64,000 bases of DNA from an uncultured Bacteroidales bacterium (GCA_963840975.1 CAWJBC010000021.1:259837-323836); one strand, 5' to 3'; positions 19,538 to 30,680 are shown, numbered from the stretch's first letter. Numbers and translations are program-made. Notes: a model not told the origin generated them from the sequence alone.

Positions 19538-20958
19538 ATGAAGGGAGCTTTAATATTCTTATTTCTATGGGTAGCAAATATTTTTCGTCAGTGCACAGCA
19601 ATACAATGATTCTTGGACTTCGCTTGATTCTCGCCCCATTCCTGCCTGGTTTGAAGATGCAAAATTCGGAATATTCATTCACTGGGGAGTGTATTCCGTA
19701 CCTGCCTGGCGAAAGCTGGAACCTGGACTCTATGCATCCTATGCTGAGTGGTACTATGCAAGGGTGATGTACAACGAGAAAAATGGAGGGGCTGACTTTC
19801 ACAATAAAAACTATGGAAAAGATTTTGAATACCGGGATTTTGCTCCGCTATTTAAAGCAGAATTGTTCGACCCGGTTTATTGGGCAGGGTTGTTTAAAAG
19901 TTCTGGCGCTCGGTATGTGGTGCTGACAAGCAAGCATCACGATGGGTTTTGCCTTTGGCCTACTCAAAGCCCATATAAGAAAGACTGGAATGCATTGGAT
20001 ATTGGCCCTAAGCGGGATTTATTGGGAGAACTATCGGCAGCTATGAAAGCGGCAGGACTTAAAATGGGTGTCTATTATTCGCTTGTTGAATGGGAAAGCA
20101 GCCGGACCCATCGCACCCCGTCGGGATATTATTTACCGCAAAGTATCGTTGATAAATATAAAATTCCTGAAAATGTATACGTGGATAAACATGTAATCCT
20201 GCAGCTGAAGGAATTGGTAGAGAACTACAAGCCTTCCCTTATTTTTGCAGATGGTGGAGAATGGGACGGGACAGAGGATTACTGGAAAACCAAATCGTTT
20301 CTATCCTGGTTATACAGCGATTCTCCTGTAAAAGACGAGGTGGTGGTCAATGACCGCTTTGCCAAAGATATGCCAGGTAATCACGGGGATTATTATTCAA
20401 GCGAATATAAAGATATGGATGAGGCGAAAACTCAACCATCCCTGGGAAGAAAGCAGGGGAATTGGCGGATCATACGGATATAACAGGGCAGAAGGAATCG
20501 AAGACTACAACAGTTCTGAAGAACTTATTCATGAATTGATCGACATTGTTAGCCGTGGCGGGAATTTATTACTGAACGTGGGACCCACAGCCGACGGCAG
20601 AATCCCTGTTATTATGCAGGAAAGATTGAAAGATATTGGCCATTGGCTGGAAGTAAATGGCGAGGCGATTTACGAAACCCGGAAATCACCCATTCCCAAA
20701 CAGGAAAGAACAAGCCAGGAAGTATATTTTACAACAAAAGAAAAAGAACTGTTCTGCATTTTCACCCAATGGACAGACTCGATCGAAATTAAATTAGCTG
20801 AAGGTGAAAAGGTAAGGGATATCGCAATGTTGGGCTATGAAGGGATGATAAAATGGGATTTGGCTGAAGGGAATAAGGTAAGAATTCAAATACCGCGGCT
20901 GACAATCAATGAAATCCACTGCCTCTATGCCTGGACTTTGAAAATGGAAATGGAATAA
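19538..20958 (+). pseudogene. GH29 alpha-L-fucosidase with two frame breaks
   Basis: Signal peptide MKGALIFLFLWVANIF is in one frame. The mature start SAQQYNDSWTSLDSRPIPAWFEDAKFGIFIHWGVYSVPAW is in a second frame; the break is at the T5 run 19581-19585. A second break at the A4 run 20427-20430 separates it from ...[21 protein letters not shown]...[17 protein letters not shown]. Confidence 0.8.
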
Positions 20959-21008
20959 GAATATTGAATGGTAAGCTTTTGACTTGCAGCAATAATAAGA
21001 TGCGAAAT

Positions 21009-21043
21009 ATTAGATGTTAGATATTAGACATTAGAAGTTAGAC
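21009..21043. repeat. Short tandem TAGAnnT-type microsatellite
   Basis: attagatgttagatattagacattagaagttagac. Confidence 0.5.
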
Positions 21044-21318
21044 TTGAAACACCAGTAACAAGCAAGGAGCAACCTGAATCATCCCCGGCAACAAGTCGGT
21101 ATCTTCTGGTAATAAGGAATATAATTAGCCCGGGTCATTAAAACTTCCATTTGTTAAAATCTCATAAATAATTTCCAGGCGATTAAACTTTACTATCAGG
21201 GTGTTTGTCTAAATGCCATTGGCATTAAAAAAGAAGTCAATTTTAGCGGCGGTCTGCAGAACATTGGTTTACTTTGCCGGATTAAAAATAGAAGGAGAAA
21301 TAATTGGTCAGAATATAC

Positions 21319-23814
21319 ATGAAACGTTGGCTAACAGGGGTTTTATTGGGGATTATGGCGGTGGCAGGTTATGCACAGCAACCGGGCGGCGGCAAGCCCG
21401 ATTTTCAAAACATGCCGCCCGAAGGCATTATTACCGGTCAGGTTAATGATAAACAATTGAATCAGCCTATGGAGTATGCCAACCTTGTGCTTTTCAGCAT
21501 AAAAGATTCTTCCATTGTGGCTGGTACGGTAACCGGAGTTGACGGTAAGTTCAGACTTGAAAAGGTCCCGTATGGTAGATTCTACATTGTTGCAAACTTT
21601 ATCGGTTACAATAAGACTACCTTGAGCGATATTATGATCACACCAAAAGCAAAGACGCTCGACCTGGGAGTTATCAACCTTGATATGGCTTCGACAAATC
21701 TTGAGGGTGTTGAGATTACAGCCGACAAGCAGCGGATTGAATACAAAATTGATAAAAAGATCGTGAATGTCAGCCAGGATCTGATGGGTTCAGGTAGTTC
21801 CGCAATTGCTGTACTCGAAAATGTTCCTTCGGTAAATGTTGACATCGAAGGAAATGTCAGCCTGAGGGGAAGCTCCAGTTTTACGGTTCTGATTGACGGC
21901 CGCCCCAGTGTATTGAATGGCAATGACGCATTGCAGCAGATTCCTGCCAGCAGCATTGACCATATCGAGATCATTACCAATCCATCTGCCAAATACGACC
22001 CAGATGGAACCGGCGGCATCATCAACGTGATTTTAAAAAAGCAAAAAAATCCCGGCATCAACGGAATTGTTAATCTTTCCATAGGAACCAAAAATAAATA
22101 CAGAGCAGATGTTTTGCTCAATTACCGGACAAAAAATTTCAATGTCTTTGGCGGGATAGATGGCAATTACAACGAATTCAGTATGAAGGGAATTTCAAAT
22201 TATAATACATATTTTGGTGATTCCACAAGTTACAGAGATACCGATATGAAGGGTCAAATGGTCAGAAAAGGATATGGTGTGAAAGCCGGGATGGATTACT
22301 ATATTAATGACCGGTCAACTCTCACCTTTTCGGGCAGGTATGGTGGATATGGATTTAACCGTGATGGAATTTCATCCCGCCATATTTATACTGATCCTGT
22401 CGGTTATGATGAATATTCTCAATCGCAAACAACCTCACAAAGAGGCGGAGATTTTTATGAATTGAATTCAAATTACGTTATAAAATTTGATGATAAGGGT
22501 CACCAGCTCGAAGCTGTGGCGATTTATTCGAGGCGTAACGGCGATGACACGGAGGATCAAAAAGACTACGCTACCGACAGCTACTATAACATTACGGATG
22601 ATCAGCCTACTTCAATACAAACCAATGAGGATGAATTATCAGATGATATTCGCCTGAAACTGGATTACACCAAGCCGATTGGTAAAGATGGTAAAATCGA
22701 AGCCGGTTACCAGAGCCGTTTGGAATATGAAAATCAAACGTTCCTTTTCCTGGATTATGATTATCCCTCGGGAGAATGGGTTGAAAACAGTAACTTCACG
22801 AGTGTAGCTGATTTTAAGGACAATATCCATGGTGTGTATGGGATTTATTCAAATACATGGAAAAATTTGGGTTATCAGTTGGGACTTCGCGGAGAATATA
22901 CCGACCGCGTGATTGACAATGCTGCGTCACCACAGGTTTATACCCTCAACAGGTTCGATTTTTTTCCATCCATTCACTTATCAAAGCAATTTAAAAACGA
23001 TCATCAACTGATAGCCAGTTATAGCCGCAGAGTTGAACGCCCCGATGGGCAGGAGCTTGATCCGTTTCCTCAGTACATTGACGCTTACAGAATCCGGGTC
23101 GGAAACCCTGAACTGGAACCGGAATACATTGGTTCTTTTGAATTAAATTATCAGAAAAGAATCAAATCATCCTTTATCTCACTCGAAGGATATTACCGGA
23201 TAAACACGAATAAAATCACACGGGTACAGTCAAACTATATGGATACAACCATCGTGAATGATTCGGTCATCATTTCAAGTAAAACAATTTATACTTTTCA
23301 AAACCTGAATAAGGATTATTCGCTGGGTGCTGAACTGATGGGTAATGTGGATATCACTAAATGGTTAAATGTAAATGCAAGCATCAACATTTTTGATTAC
23401 CGTCTCGAAGGCAATGTTGAAGGGGAAGACGTGAACAAGAGTTCTACCAACTGGGATGGAAAGCTGAATATTACAATGAAATTCAAAAATGATTTTCGTG
23501 CTCAAATATCGGGAATTTACAGAGGAAAATCAGTCACTGCCCAGGGCACACAGGAAGGCTTTCCCATGCTGAATCTCGCACTGCGCAAAGATTTTCTTGA
23601 TAAGCGACTTTCCACCACATTGTCCGTCAGAGATTTGTTGATGACCGGGAAGCGTGAATCCACCTCATCCGGAGCCGGCTTTTATTCGTTTGATAGTTTT
23701 AAACGTGAAGCGCCCATCCTCACCCTCGATATTAGCTATACCATCAACAATTACAAAAAACAACGTGCCGGCCGCACGGAGGAAGGCGGTCAGGAAATGG
23801 ATATGGAGTTTTAG
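21319..23814 (+). CDS. TonB-dependent outer-membrane receptor with N-terminal carboxypeptidase-regulatory-like domain
   Basis: Leader MKRWLTGVLLGIMAVAGYAQ. CarbopepD_reg-like GIITGQV...DGKFRLEKVPYGRF. A plug-like region, a long beta-barrel and a C-terminal aromatic residue (F). Confidence 0.8.
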   Translation: MKRWLTGVLLGIMAVAGYAQQPGGGKPDFQNMPPEGIITGQVNDKQLNQPMEYANLVLFSIKDSSIVAGTVTGVDGKFRLEKVPYGRFYIVANFIGYNKTTLSDIMITPKAKTLDLGVINLDMASTNLEGVEITADKQRIEYKIDKKIVNVSQDLMGSGSSAIAVLENVPSVNVDIEGNVSLRGSSSFTVLIDGRPSVLNGNDALQQIPASSIDHIEIITNPSAKYDPDGTGGIINVILKKQKNPGINGIVNLSIGTKNKYRADVLLNYRTKNFNVFGGIDGNYNEFSMKGISNYNTYFGDSTSYRDTDMKGQMVRKGYGVKAGMDYYINDRSTLTFSGRYGGYGFNRDGISSRHIYTDPVGYDEYSQSQTTSQRGGDFYELNSNYVIKFDDKGHQLEAVAIYSRRNGDDTEDQKDYATDSYYNITDDQPTSIQTNEDELSDDIRLKLDYTKPIGKDGKIEAGYQSRLEYENQTFLFLDYDYPSGEWVENSNFTSVADFKDNIHGVYGIYSNTWKNLGYQLGLRGEYTDRVIDNAASPQVYTLNRFDFFPSIHLSKQFKNDHQLIASYSRRVERPDGQELDPFPQYIDAYRIRVGNPELEPEYIGSFELNYQKRIKSSFISLEGYYRINTNKITRVQSNYMDTTIVNDSVIISSKTIYTFQNLNKDYSLGAELMGNVDITKWLNVNASINIFDYRLEGNVEGEDVNKSSTNWDGKLNITMKFKNDFRAQISGIYRGKSVTAQGTQEGFPMLNLALRKDFLDKRLSTTLSVRDLLMTGKRESTSSGAGFYSFDSFKREAPILTLDISYTINNYKKQRAGRTEEGGQEMDMEF

Positions 23815-23838
23815 TTCCTAAGCAGGTAATTCCTTTTA

Positions 23839-24420
23839 TTATTCATTTATCAGGTTAAATCCCAGATAAAACTGGAATACACTATTCTGATAAGTTGAAT
23901 TATAAGTGTCAGATCCGGAATTGTTAATATTCATCTTAAAAGGCAGCCCATAACAGTAGCGCATTCCGGCATTCAGTTTTTCGCTGATGTTGAAGCGCGC
24001 TCCGAAATCAAATCCAAAATCAAAACTGTTCAAAACTTCCTCCCCCGAAATCATATAACCTATTTCCGGTCCGAATTCAAATTCAACTATGGTGAAAGGC
24101 TTATAGACCAATAAAAGGGGGATGTTAAGGTAGTTAAGACTTACATTGGTAGTTTCACCATCAATCTCCTCTTTGTATCCTTTATTCGAAAATAAAAGTT
24201 CAGCCTGCCATAACAAATGGTCGCTGAAAGGCTGCTGAAAGTAGCTACCTGCATGGAAGGACGTGCGGGATGAATATAAAGTACGGTCTTGTGTATCTCC
24301 AGATTTTGTCCAGATGATACTTGAAATATTTGCCCCGGCTTTTAATCCGCCTTTCATTTGACCCATCGAACTATATGCCATGCCGGTAAAGATGATCAGA
24401 ATTATAGTGAATCGTTTCAT
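23839..24420 (-). CDS. Small outer-membrane beta-barrel (porin/OmpW-PorT-like) protein
   Basis: Signal peptide MKRFTIILIIFTGMAYSSMGQ. Alternating beta-strand pattern with an aromatic-rich C-terminal strand (VFQFYLGFNLINE). Confidence 0.55.
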   Translation of the reverse strand: MKRFTIILIIFTGMAYSSMGQMKGGLKAGANISSIIWTKSGDTQDRTLYSSRTSFHAGSYFQQPFSDHLLWQAELLFSNKGYKEEIDGETTNVSLNYLNIPLLLVYKPFTIVEFEFGPEIGYMISGEEVLNSFDFGFDFGARFNISEKLNAGMRYCYGLPFKMNINNSGSDTYNSTYQNSVFQFYLGFNLINE

Positions 24421-24607
24421 TTAATTTTAACTTGAGTGCCAAAAATAAAACAAAAACCCGGATGATTTGAGATAAGTAAATGTTAAGGCTTCGTAAATAT
24501 TAATTCAATAGCAAAATGTTTTCGGATAAAACCAAAAAAATAAAAGCAGGAGCTATTGCTTCTCATAAGACAAAAAACACTTCGCCGCAAGGGGTAGAGG
24601 AGATATT

Positions 24608-24823
24608 TTAAGATTTGTCTTCCTTCTTTTCGCAACTGATATGGACAAGCATACCAAAAATTCCAGCCATAAAGAAAAATTGTGCACCCCAGAAAAAATT
24701 CCAGTATTTTTCAACGGAAAGGAAAGGACCGACAAAAAATCCAATGATTCCTCCTAAGAGTAAAAGTGCACCAATGCCACCTGTGAGTAACCCCATGTAC
24801 TTGCAAATCTGACCTATTTTCAT
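24608..24823 (-). CDS. Small two-TM membrane protein, function unknown
   Basis: Two hydrophobic helices (LLTGGIGALLLLGGIIGFFVG and FFWGAQFFFMAGIFGMLV). ATG at 24823. Confidence 0.35.
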   Translation of the reverse strand: MKIGQICKYMGLLTGGIGALLLLGGIIGFFVGPFLSVEKYWNFFWGAQFFFMAGIFGMLVHISCEKKEDKS

Positions 24824-24947
24824 AAAAATATGATTTGATTGAGACCCCAAATGTATAAAATTATTATTACTCTACAATAAACGGGATAAAACCCACAATT
24901 CTTTAACAGGAAATATGGAGAATCCGTTAGGTTCCAGACTGGTCAAA

Positions 24948-24990
24948 GGCATTTTTTTGACTTTTCGGAGTGGACTCAAATATTTACTTC
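24948..24990. repeat. Short dispersed intergenic repeat, copy 2 (partner at 13013-13061)
   Basis: ggcatttttttgacttttcggagtggactcaaatatttacttc. Confidence 0.6.
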
Positions 24991-25089
24991 CCAATGGATT
25001 GCTTTTGCCGTAGCACTTATTTTTCATATATTAAATTCTTTATTTTGCTAAAATAGTCAGTTAACAAACTGATTTGATACAAATTATTA

Positions 25090-27381
25090 TTACTCCACAT
25101 TTATTTGAACAATAAACCGCGGACGGTCAATTGTATATCCTGCATTTCCTCCTTTGGCATTGGTCAAATCGGCAGGCGACCCAAAACTAATCCGTTCAGG
25201 TGCGATTTGTTTTTCTACCTGAAAATAATTCCTGACGTTTTCCTGCCTCATTTCTATAAGCGCTAACACAGCTTCTCTTGCCTTTGATTCACCTATCATA
25301 TAACCGCATTTTTTTTGCACCGGCATATTTTTGTTCTCAAATTGCATGGTCTGGTCAATCCAGTTGATGAAAAGAGAGTCTTTTATGGAAATAGCGTTAA
25401 TTTCATCTAAGGTTTCCTTGTCGAAAACTATCTTTTCAATTTCTGTTTTTCTTATGTTACGTGCATAATAAACCTTTCGCGCTTCAATGGTAGTATAAAA
25501 ATCAATCTCCTTCAGTGTGTCAACCAATTGGATGAATTCAAAATTAAGTTCCTCCTTTTGTTTCAGCACCTGTGATAAAGGTTCGAGTGATTTGATCTGC
25601 ATTTTGGTGATATCTGTTTCCAGGTAATTAAACTGTACCTCTTTCATTTCTTCTTCGGATGATCCAAAAGCGCTGGCTAACAATCGGAACGGAGCGGTGG
25701 CGACTTTCACAACCAGGTTTTTCAGTATGCCCCAAATCACCTTACCCATCCTGAACTCAGGATCATTGAGATTGCCTTCAACCGGGATTTCGAGGTTTAT
25801 ATTTCCATGCACATCCTTTAATATTGCAACAGCAAGTTTTACAGGAACGTCAAGAGCCGTCATACTTCTGGTTTTCGGTCCGAATTTAAACCCGATAATG
25901 TTAATCTTATTAGTGCTTGTGAGGTTTCCATCCTGAATGGTGGTCCGGCTCGAATAATTTAAAATCGCTTTGTTGATGGGATACGAAATATAATAAACTG
26001 AATAAGGTGTTAAGTCAGCAAGGCTGGTTTCATAAAAATCATAATTGACAACCATGTTGTTGAAATTCTGTGGATCAACCATAATCCGTGCGGTTCCTTT
26101 GCTTTTACCGTTGAGTAATACACTCATATCAAACCGGACGGTGTCGGCATGTGAGTTGATATGTTTGGAGCGGATTTTCAAATCGGTTATGGTGTAACTG
26201 AATGTTTCGTGGAGGGTGTAATCGTTGTATTGCAACATGCCTCGATTTACATTGAGGCTGTCGAACTGATAATCAGTAGCAACATAAGTCCGGGCAATGT
26301 CGCGGATGTAATAAGCCATTAATGAAAACACATTGTAGGAGTTAAATTCTTCACTAACCGCGCCGGAAGCCGCTGTCATTGAGTCTGCTCCGCTGTCAGG
26401 AACCAACCGCGACCAGTTATCACCTTCATCATACATTTCAACAAGGACAAAAGGATCGTTGATGTTGATGGATTTGAGTCGGTAGAGGTCGTTTTTAATA
26501 TTGATGGAATCAATTCCGATAGCGAGGTTTTTAAGGGTGAAAATAGTTTGATTGTTATCATCGGCGAGGGCAAAGTTATCAATATCGAATTGCCCTTTCA
26601 CAGCCAGGTCGGTTGTTTCATTCAGGTTGATGAAAAGATCAAGATGATTGGTGAGTTCGCCTTCAAGGGAGGTTATGCTCATAAATTCTTTCAGTGGAAT
26701 GGTCAGGGGTTGAAGGTTGATCTGGTTCATTTCGATAGAGGTGTGCAATTCATTTCTTTTCAGATCGAGCAGGAGTGCAATGATGGCATCTCCGCCTGTT
26801 TTTAGTCCAAACCGTACATCCGAAAACAGGGTATCGTTGTTCCAGGCTAATCCTGGGCTTGATACTTCCAGGTTATTGATTTCCAGGGTGGAGCCTATCA
26901 TTTGGTCAGAATACAAAACAGCGCCCTCATTAATTTTGATATTGCTGATTGACCACATTACTGGTTCGGAGCCTGCGGTATCCACCACTTCAGTTTTTGT
27001 TGAATCGGAGCCGAGATTCATCAGGTCATCAAAATTAAATCTGCCGTCAAAAAGAATGATGTTAGCATAAGGGCGGCTCAATTCAGCAGTTTTGATGGTA
27101 TATTTTGACCGGAATAAGTCCCATATACTGATCCTGGTATAAAAACTTTCAAACCCGACAAACAAGGTGCTGCCATCCTTTTCATAAAGATTAAAATCCC
27201 TGATTGTAATCCCTCCATTGAATGAATTGATCTTGATTTTTCCAATTGTTAACTGTCGTCCAATTAATTTTTCGTCATTGGCTTCAATATATTTTTTTAG
27301 AATGGTTGGCAGTGATAAAAAGAATGTGATGATAAGAAGCGTCATTACTATTGCTGCACCAAGTCTGATTTTTTTAACCAT
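25090..27381 (-). CDS. DUF748/AsmA-like large envelope protein
   Basis: N-terminal anchor followed by IGKIKINSFNGGITIRDFNLYEKDG-type repeats, as I recall for DUF748 proteins. Confidence 0.6.
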   Translation of the reverse strand: MVKKIRLGAAIVMTLLIITFFLSLPTILKKYIEANDEKLIGRQLTIGKIKINSFNGGITIRDFNLYEKDGSTLFVGFESFYTRISIWDLFRSKYTIKTAELSRPYANIILFDGRFNFDDLMNLGSDSTKTEVVDTAGSEPVMWSISNIKINEGAVLYSDQMIGSTLEINNLEVSSPGLAWNNDTLFSDVRFGLKTGGDAIIALLLDLKRNELHTSIEMNQINLQPLTIPLKEFMSITSLEGELTNHLDLFINLNETTDLAVKGQFDIDNFALADDNNQTIFTLKNLAIGIDSINIKNDLYRLKSININDPFVLVEMYDEGDNWSRLVPDSGADSMTAASGAVSEEFNSYNVFSLMAYYIRDIARTYVATDYQFDSLNVNRGMLQYNDYTLHETFSYTITDLKIRSKHINSHADTVRFDMSVLLNGKSKGTARIMVDPQNFNNMVVNYDFYETSLADLTPYSVYYISYPINKAILNYSSRTTIQDGNLTSTNKINIIGFKFGPKTRSMTALDVPVKLAVAILKDVHGNINLEIPVEGNLNDPEFRMGKVIWGILKNLVVKVATAPFRLLASAFGSSEEEMKEVQFNYLETDITKMQIKSLEPLSQVLKQKEELNFEFIQLVDTLKEIDFYTTIEARKVYYARNIRKTEIEKIVFDKETLDEINAISIKDSLFINWIDQTMQFENKNMPVQKKCGYMIGESKAREAVLALIEMRQENVRNYFQVEKQIAPERISFGSPADLTNAKGGNAGYTIDRPRFIVQINVE

Positions 27382-27514
27382 TGTTGACTTTTATTGAGGG
27401 AATAAAAATACCTAATTTTTTTCTGGGAATTAACCGTTGCGTTTTTTTTTGAATTATTAACAAGACAAAATACCCTGTTTTTTGTTATAGCTGAAATTTT
27501 TCACAGATTAATTA

Positions 27515-27522
27515 TATTTTTG
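27515..27522 (+). promoter_or_regulatory. Bacteroidota -7 promoter box candidate (TAnnTTTG)
   Basis: tatttttg ends about 30 nt upstream of the ATG at 27552. Confidence 0.3.
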
Positions 27523-27551
27523 CACGATTCTAACAAATACAATAATTTTAA

Positions 27552-30500
27552 ATGAAAAAGATAAAAAACATTTTATTTTCGATGGAATTAACCGGCATAC
27601 TGTTGATGATGTTTGCCATTGCCATAGGATACGCCACATTTATTGAAAACGATTTCGGAACGACTGCAGCTAAATCAGGGATATACAATGCCACCTGGTT
27701 CGAGATGTTGTTGCTGCTCCTTGCCATAAACATGATAGGGAGCATATTTAAAAACAAAATGGTTTCCAGAAAAAAATGGACCATTTTGCTTTTCCATGTT
27801 TCTTTTTTTGTTATCCTGATTGGAGCTGCCATCACACGATACATAAGCTATGAAGGAATGATGCGCATCCGGGAAGGCGAAATTTCAAACGGTCTAACTT
27901 CAGACAAAACCTATATCCGCGTTTGGGCTGACCAGGGTTCGGTTCCTTATTATAAGGAAAAGGCGATTCTTTCAACTCCCATGTCGGCAGGTAGGTTTAA
28001 AACAGAGTTTTCTTATGGCAACCAATCAGTACAGGTTGAAGCCATAAACTACTATACCAATGCCGGAGAAACTGTTATAGAAGGGGAGGGAGAACCGCTT
28101 TTGTGGCTGGTGGTTTCGGATAAATCGCTTGGCAGACAAAATGTCTATTTGCGAAACGGGGATGTAAAAAGGGTGAGTTCGGCTACCCTTACTTTCAACA
28201 GCGAACCTGTTGTTGGAGCGATCAATATCATTGCAACTGCCGATGGATTAACTTTTACCTGTGCCGATTCGGTGAACTATATGAACATGGCGGCAAATAC
28301 CACACTGGTATTGTCGCCCGATTCTGCTTATCCTTTGCAGCAAATGTCGCTCTATCGCATCGGAGATTTGAGCATAGTCGTAAAATCATTTTACCAAAAA
28401 GCCAGAATAGGGTTGATAAGTACTGAAAAACAGGAAGGAATGAGCGCTATGGATGCTATAGCTATGCGCGTTACTGTTGGTACTGAATCGAAGGATGTTG
28501 ATGTTTTTGGAGGTTCAGGATTTGTGGGTAAAGCTGTTGAAACTACCGTGAATGGTGTAAATATTAAGTTGAGTTTTGGCGCAAAAATCATTGAATTGCC
28601 TTTTTCGTTAAAACTGAATGATTTTGTGCTTGAACGTTACCCGGGATCGAACAGCCCCTCTTCCTATGCCAGCCAGATAACAGTATTGGACGAGTCGAAA
28701 AACCTTGAAATGCCTTACCGCATCTATATGAATCATGTACTGAATTACCGCGGTTACCGCTTTTTCCAGTCATCTTATGATAAAGATGAAAAAGGGACAA
28801 TACTATCAGTGAACCATGATGCTGCCGGCACTATCATAACTTATATCGGATACCTGCTGATGACATTGGGAATGGTGTTTACTCTTTTCAACAGAAATAG
28901 CCGCTTCAGGTCGTTGGCAAGGCTTTCTGCACAATTGCGCAACTCCAGAAAAACAATGGCAACCATTGTATTTCTTGCGGGACTAATGGTTTTTGGTTCT
29001 CTTCCACATCAATCGCTGGCATCTACCGATGAAGCCCGAAACCTTCCGGTAATAGACAAGGATCATGCAACCAAATTCGGTAAATTGCTTGTTCAGGACA
29101 ATGATGGAAGGATGAAACCTGTGAATACACTTAGCTCGGAACTTTTGCGAAAAATTGCACGCAAAACCTCTTTTAATGATATGAATCCTGAACAGGTGTT
29201 TTTGGGAATCCTCGTCTACCCTGATAAATGGATGAGTACGCCTATCATCCGGGTTTCAAATCCCGAACTTGAGGAATATTTAAAACTTGAAGGGAAATAT
29301 GCATCATTCAACCAGATTGTGGATGTTCATAGTGCAGAGGGCTATAAGTTGGGCGATTATGTTGAAAAGGCTTATGCCAAAAAACCCTCCATGCAAAATA
29401 AGTTTGATAAAGAGGTGATGAAAGTGGATGAGCGGCTTAACATACTGTACATGCTTTATTCCGGCACTTTTCTCAATGTTTTTCCTGTTCCCAACGATGA
29501 GAATCATAAGTGGGTAACCACCAAAGATGCCGATACATTTTTTGAGGGTGAAGAAGCCCTCTTTGTAAGCGGTGTATTTTCGATGTATTACGATGAGGTA
29601 AGGAAAGCTGTTGAATCGGGCGACTGGAAAGCAGCCGATGATCACTTGAATTATATTTTGCAGTTTCAGAAAAAATACGGTTCAAAGATCTATCCCTCAG
29701 ACGCAAAGGTCAATATTGAAATTGCATACAATAAATTTGATTTATTTAAGAGATTATCAGGTTATTACGGCTTGATTGGTTTTGTTTTGCTTATTTTCCA
29801 TTTCATCAATATTTTAAAGCCGAAAATCAATTTAAGAAAAGTAATCAGGGTAGCTTCTTTCCTGGTTGTGATTTTGTTTTTTATGTATACAGCCGGTCTT
29901 GCACTTCGCTGGTATATTTCAGGACATGCACCCTGGAGTAACGCTTACGAATCGCTGATCTATATCGGCTGGGCTACGAGTTTGTCGGGTTTGATTTTTG
30001 TAAGACGTTCTGAAATAACCTTAGCCGTAACAGCATTATTAGCAGCGCTTATCCTTTCAGTTGCTGGTATGAGCTGGATGGACCCCGAAATCACCACTCT
30101 GGTTCCGGTTCTGAAATCTTATTGGCTCATCATTCATGTCGCCATTATTACTGCCAGTTATGGGTTTTTTGCACTGGGTGCGATCCTTGGATTTTTCAAT
30201 CTGCTGCTGATGAACATGAAAACGAAGAATAATTTCAGCCGTCTTGAACTGACAGTAACTGAGCTTACCTATATAATCGAAATGACTTTGATTGTTGGTT
30301 TGTTTATGCTTACCATCGGAACTTTCCTCGGTGGCGTTTGGGCAAATGAATCATGGGGGCGTTACTGGGGCTGGGATCCTAAGGAAACCTGGGCTTTGGT
30401 AACCGTGCTGGTTTATTCGTTTGTTGCTCACATGCGTTTTATTCCGGGTTTCAAAGGAAACTTCTCGTATAGCCTTGCAGCCCTCCTGAGTTTTAGCTCT

Positions 30501-30680
30501 GTGCTGATGACTTATTTTGGTGTGAACTATTATCTTTCGGGTCTGCACTCTTATGCAAAGGGCGATCCCGTGCCGGTTCCAAACTTCGTTTATTATACAC
30601 TGATTGTTGTGGCGGTGGTAGGCATCATGGCTTTCATCACCAACCGAAGGTTCAATAACCGGAAACCTGTAGAGCAATAG
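27552..30680 (+). CDS. ccsBA: Fused system II cytochrome c synthase (ResB/CcsB + CcsA)
   Basis: N-terminal ResB-like region with a large periplasmic loop. C-terminal CcsA with the WWD motif WGRYWGWDPKETWALVT and multiple TM helices. Confidence 0.85.
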   Translation: MKKIKNILFSMELTGILLMMFAIAIGYATFIENDFGTTAAKSGIYNATWFEMLLLLLAINMIGSIFKNKMVSRKKWTILLFHVSFFVILIGAAITRYISYEGMMRIREGEISNGLTSDKTYIRVWADQGSVPYYKEKAILSTPMSAGRFKTEFSYGNQSVQVEAINYYTNAGETVIEGEGEPLLWLVVSDKSLGRQNVYLRNGDVKRVSSATLTFNSEPVVGAINIIATADGLTFTCADSVNYMNMAANTTLVLSPDSAYPLQQMSLYRIGDLSIVVKSFYQKARIGLISTEKQEGMSAMDAIAMRVTVGTESKDVDVFGGSGFVGKAVETTVNGVNIKLSFGAKIIELPFSLKLNDFVLERYPGSNSPSSYASQITVLDESKNLEMPYRIYMNHVLNYRGYRFFQSSYDKDEKGTILSVNHDAAGTIITYIGYLLMTLGMVFTLFNRNSRFRSLARLSAQLRNSRKTMATIVFLAGLMVFGSLPHQSLASTDEARNLPVIDKDHATKFGKLLVQDNDGRMKPVNTLSSELLRKIARKTSFNDMNPEQVFLGILVYPDKWMSTPIIRVSNPELEEYLKLEGKYASFNQIVDVHSAEGYKLGDYVEKAYAKKPSMQNKFDKEVMKVDERLNILYMLYSGTFLNVFPVPNDENHKWVTTKDADTFFEGEEALFVSGVFSMYYDEVRKAVESGDWKAADDHLNYILQFQKKYGSKIYPSDAKVNIEIAYNKFDLFKRLSGYYGLIGFVLLIFHFINILKPKINLRKVIRVASFLVVILFFMYTAGLALRWYISGHAPWSNAYESLIYIGWATSLSGLIFVRRSEITLAVTALLAALILSVAGMSWMDPEITTLVPVLKSYWLIIHVAIITASYGFFALGAILGFFNLLLMNMKTKNNFSRLELTVTELTYIIEMTLIVGLFMLTIGTFLGGVWANESWGRYWGWDPKETWALVTVLVYSFVAHMRFIPGFKGNFSYSLAALLSFSSVLMTYFGVNYYLSGLHSYAKGDPVPVPNFVYYTLIVVAVVGIMAFITNRRFNNRKPVEQ

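Noticed and set aside
21606-22121. 171-aa minus-strand ORF. Similar antisense ORFs occur inside long genes, for example 17316-17624, 29304-29645, 34397-35074, 43001-43342 and 50461-50799.
   Set aside because: These ORFs are fully embedded antisense to, or out of frame with, well-supported genes. They have no recognisable motifs and have composition typical of shadow ORFs in AT-rich DNA.
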